The notes under the pieces were generated by a model. That model was not told the DNA's origin. It searched no databases and saw nothing but the letters and a program-made list of their open reading frames with translations. Positions 29,682 through 32,000 of a stretch of 32,000 nt of DNA are shown in pieces. The DNA is taken from contig NZ_WUUQ01000001.1 of assembly GCF_009831105.1 (NCBI RefSeq), positions 180,001 through 212,000 on the forward strand, given 5' to 3'. How positions within the stretch are numbered: the stretch's first letter is position 1; every line of letters begins with the position of its first letter. The stretch is from Copranaerobaculum intestinale. GTDB taxonomy: Bacteria > Bacillota_I > Bacilli_A > Erysipelotrichales > Erysipelotrichaceae. Made by a program: the position numbers and the translations under genes.

Positions 29682-30130
29682 ATGAAATGATCCTCCTCTT
29701 TCGTACTTTTCATACTTTTATTATAGAGGATATTTCACATAATTGGGATAAGAAAAACAGTTTTACCTGATTATTGCGGTTGAAAATTTGAAATAAATTG
29801 TTTTTTTTGCCAATATCTATATTCTCTGATGAAATGTTTCTGTTTTCACATCGTGGGAGAATCTGCTCCACATCTCGGTTCTCTTTCAAATTCGGTGTGA
29901 AAACAATGGGCAGTCCGGTTTCATGCGCAGCGACAACATGACATGAGAATTACGCAGAACACTAAACAATCTATTGCTGAGAAGAGCTTTTCTCAGTAAC
30001 TTTTTAATATATATCATGAACAGGTTTAAGCGTTTCACGTCAACTTAAATACAAAAAGCCCAATGCCCTGCACAATTTGATATTATAGGATGAATATCGT
30101 TCGCTCTAAAAGTAAGAAACGTGATTATTC

Positions 30131-30161
30131 AAACAAAAGAGCAGCGACACTGTCACTGCCC
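30131..30161 (-). terminator. Probable intrinsic terminator after sipW-like gene
   Basis: Minus strand: GGGCAGTGAC-AGT-GTCGCTGCTC followed by TTTTGTTTG, starting 3 nt after the TAG at 30166-30164. Confidence 0.45.
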
Positions 30162-30163
30162 TG

Positions 30164-31033
30164 CTATTTCCATGACCGGCGGCAGGATAGAATTTCAAAC
30201 TGGCACTTCTCGATTCGATCATCTCGTTCAATGGTACAGCTCCAGCGTTTTTCTTCATGGAGTCCCAAGCCTTCCGCTCCGACCATATACCATGGTACAC
30301 TGTCGATGACATGACCCTCCTTATCCGTAAATTTAATTTTTACTTTCAGAAAGGTGATATTCTGCGTTGTCTGATTCACAACGATGCCGCGCATCTGCAT
30401 ACTGTGTTTCATAACCAGCATATCCGTATCTCGGATTATAATGCCCTGATTAGGATCATCGCTTTTATGACGATGCTGCTTTTCCTTAAAGACAACCTTA
30501 TCTCCGTTATCCTCCGCTTTATCCAGCCGCATGCTGATGATTCGGTTTATGATCAGCATTACCAGTATGGCAAGAAGCGTCATGATGCCCCATGTGCTTT
30601 GCAGAAACCGAAAGACTTTTCCCATGAAAGGTACATGGCCTACATACGTTCCGATGATATCTTTCCGCTTGGTTTGATAATCATCATATTTATCGACACC
30701 CTCAGCCTGGGTGCGGTAAATGGTTTCCCCTTTCTGATTTTTTTCAGTTGTCCGGAAATAGTGCGTCAAGACAATGTCATTTCCGAATCGGTCGGCATGA
30801 AACGTAATAATTGAATTGGGTTTTATTTTTTCATCTTCAGGAACAAGTTTTGTCAGCACAAGGGAATCGGTGGGAATCGTAGGTTCCATACTTCCGGTCA
30901 GGATCGTATAAAACCGGTAACCGGCAAATTCAGATATTTCATCAGGCCAAAAATACATTCCCACAAAATAAATCAGAATGCTCGCAATTAATATAGTGGA
31001 GACCCACGACATGATTTTCTTAAACAGTTTCAT
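30164..31033 (-). CDS. sipW: SipW-type (ER/archaeal-type) signal peptidase I with ~120-aa C-terminal extension
   Basis: N-terminal TM helix, catalytic Ser motif ILTGSMEPTIPTDSLVL (B. subtilis SipW has LSGSMEPEFQTGSLILV), VLTHYF, and a second TM helix WGIMTLLAILVMLIINRII. About 120 further residues follow, which are absent from the 190-aa B. subtilis SipW. Confidence 0.85.
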   Translation of the reverse strand: MKLFKKIMSWVSTILIASILIYFVGMYFWPDEISEFAGYRFYTILTGSMEPTIPTDSLVLTKLVPEDEKIKPNSIITFHADRFGNDIVLTHYFRTTEKNQKGETIYRTQAEGVDKYDDYQTKRKDIIGTYVGHVPFMGKVFRFLQSTWGIMTLLAILVMLIINRIISMRLDKAEDNGDKVVFKEKQHRHKSDDPNQGIIIRDTDMLVMKHSMQMRGIVVNQTTQNITFLKVKIKFTDKEGHVIDSVPWYMVGAEGLGLHEEKRWSCTIERDDRIEKCQFEILSCRRSWK

Positions 31034-31089
31034 ACGTTACCTTTTCCTGTCTACTGTTATTTTAACGAATTCTGACCGGTTTTACTAGA

Positions 31090-31116
31090 TGAAAAATACC
31101 GCCGCAGCGGTATTTT
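31090..31116 (-). terminator. Rho-independent terminator after the extended TasA-like reading frame
   Basis: Stem AAAATACCGC / GCGGTATTTT (31093-31102 / 31107-31116) with a 4-nt loop. The T-run continues to TTTTTC on the minus strand. It begins 4 nt after the TAA at 31123-31121. Confidence 0.7.
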
Positions 31117-31120
31117 CAAT

Positions 31121-31288
31121 TTAAGCTCCTGCTTTTGACAATGTGCCGGTTACTTCAACAGTTAAATCAGACCCAGCCAATGCTCTTGCCTCAGCTGTAT
31201 CATTTGGTGTAATCTTCACTGTATAATCATTGTCTCCATCTACGATCTTACTGTCAACAGCACCGACTAATCCATTATCAGCACCTGT
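31121..31288 (-). other. 55-codon stop-free continuation of the TasA-like frame beyond an in-frame TAG
   Basis: Manual translation directly after TAG (31291-31289), same frame: TGADNGLVGAVDSKIVDGDNDYTVKITPNDTAEARALAGSDLTVEVTGTLSKAGA, then TAA. It has the same Thr/Asp/Val/Gly-rich character as the upstream part. Confidence 0.55.
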
Positions 31289-31609
31289 CTATTCATAGCT
31301 AACGGTAAAGTTATCAGTAACAACCGTATTGTCAGCTTTTTTAATAACTGTGGATAATGACAACGTATCTACCAAACTGGAACTCTTGACATTAAATTTA
31401 ACCGTAGAAGAATATTCCGGTGCTGCTCCCAAGGTACGTGTACCGGCAGTGAAATCAGCAATCGGTGTAGAAACGATATCGACCGGATTGGCAACATTCA
31501 ATTTCCCGGTTGCTGTTCCTGTTGTGTTATCCCATGCGGCAAATGATGCGGCTGAAGTGGCAACGATAGCGCCAGCTGTCAGTAATGATAATATAGTTTG
31601 ATTTTTCAT
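31289..31609 (-). CDS. Secreted protein with SipW-cognate signal peptide (TasA/camelysin-like class), as annotated ending at TAG
   Basis: MKNQTILSLLTAGAIVATSAASFAAWDNTTG. The FAAWDN junction matches the TWAAFND-type SipW-dependent signal of TasA. Start set to ATG 31609 after an AAGGAG RBS. It is adjacent to sipW. Confidence 0.7.
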   Translation of the reverse strand: MKNQTILSLLTAGAIVATSAASFAAWDNTTGTATGKLNVANPVDIVSTPIADFTAGTRTLGAAPEYSSTVKFNVKSSSLVDTLSLSTVIKKADNTVVTDNFTVSYE

Positions 31610-31735
31610 AAGATTCTCCTTCTTGCGAACTACATTCCCTTTCATATCGCGATTATTTCTATCTTTATTATATACGTTGCAAGAAAAAGTGAGTAATGCT
31701 TATATTATCATAGTCAGCTATGCAAAAAGCGCATA

Positions 31736-32000
31736 TCAGGATACATGGTAATCTTTTTTGAATATTTTTAGAAATAATTCAGCTTCATCTGACAATAACT
31801 GCTTTTTTCGATAAATTATTACTAAATGCTTGTTGATGGTATTATGGATAAGCTTCAAGGTTTTCACATGACTTTTCATAAGCTCTGTCTTCTGCCAAGG
31901 ATGTCCTAATATAAAGCAGTCGGTATGATTCAGCATATTCAATAGTGAATGATAATTACTCATGATGATTGTTCTGGGAAAGCTGGAAATTTGCACTCCA
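31736..32000 (-). CDS. 3' end of a probable LysR-type regulator (C-terminal effector domain), 5' part outside window
   Basis: The C-terminal pattern HLVIIYRKKQLLSDEAELFLKIFKK resembles the usual LysR tail (l.lv.rk...ls.aa..F..fl). The frame is open to the window edge. Confidence 0.35.
   Translation of the reverse strand, partial: GVQISSFPRTIIMSNYHSLLNMLNHTDCFILGHPWQKTELMKSHVKTLKLIHNTINKHLVIIYRKKQLLSDEAELFLKIFKKDYHVS

Noticed and set aside
29841-29905. 10-bp inverted repeat TGTTTTCACA ... TGTGAAAACA with a 45-nt spacer.
   Set aside because: A few such 10-bp inverted repeats within 100 nt are expected by chance in 32 kb. There are no flanking target duplications or transposase, and no stable extended stem. 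It is mentioned only as part of the long-gap finding.
31289-31291. The in-frame TAG as evidence for genome-wide stop-codon reassignment or pyrrolysine.
   Set aside because: TAG terminates several well-defined genes in the window (atpD 238-236, rpiB 19455-19453, spo0J 25820-25818, sipW 30166-30164) exactly where homologues end. No pyl genes or PYLIS-like context is seen. Only a local event is considered.
31349-31357. Perfect DnaA box TGTGGATAA (complement of TTATCCACA).
   Set aside because: It is a single copy inside a coding region. The expected chance occurrence of a 9-mer on either strand in 32 kb is about 0.25. There is no cluster, no AT-rich unwinding element and no dnaA nearby, so this is not an origin.

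Overview
Chromosomal window from a low-GC Gram-positive (Bacillota-type) genome. It is densely coding, mostly on the minus strand, and genes have AGGAGG-type RBSs. All calls are by-eye readings of the ORF translations and the DNA; no searches were run.

Layout:
(1) 1-7273: upp followed by a complete F1Fo ATP synthase operon (upp-atpZ-atpI-atpBEFHAGDC). atpC is cut by the window edge. The c subunit carries the full Na+-binding signature.
(2) 7427-17698: a ~10 kb block that splits the Bacillus-type backbone tsaC-rpiB-glyA | upp-atp. It holds a PRD/PTS-domain transcription activator. It also holds a six-gene operon for a membrane Na+-translocating, biotin-dependent acyl-CoA decarboxylase, with a permease and a family III CoA-transferase embedded in it. 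Divergent from that operon are birA-bioY (with a BirA operator) and a hotdog thioesterase.
(3) 17842-20513: tsaC-rpiB-psiE-like-glyA.
(4) 20618-25567: a poorly characterised stretch with a small secreted protein, a COG2509-type FAD protein, an AraC-type regulator with N-terminal HTH and an unknown C-terminal domain, a SAP-like protein and a DUF5662-like protein.
(5) 25818-28986: rsmG-noc-soj-spo0J. A perfect Noc-binding-site palindrome lies just upstream.
(6) 29220-32000: a lipoprotein, a SipW-type signal peptidase with a ~120 aa C-terminal extension, a TasA-like SipW substrate gene interrupted by an in-frame TAG, and the 3' end of a probable LysR-type gene.

I recognised no rRNA, tRNA, CRISPR array, transposase, integrase or classical defence genes.

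The most system-like novelty is the self-contained permease + CoA-transferase + Na+-pumping decarboxylase module. It sits about 3 kb from a predicted Na+-coupled ATP synthase and next to a PRD-type regulator that seems to lack its phosphorylation sites.
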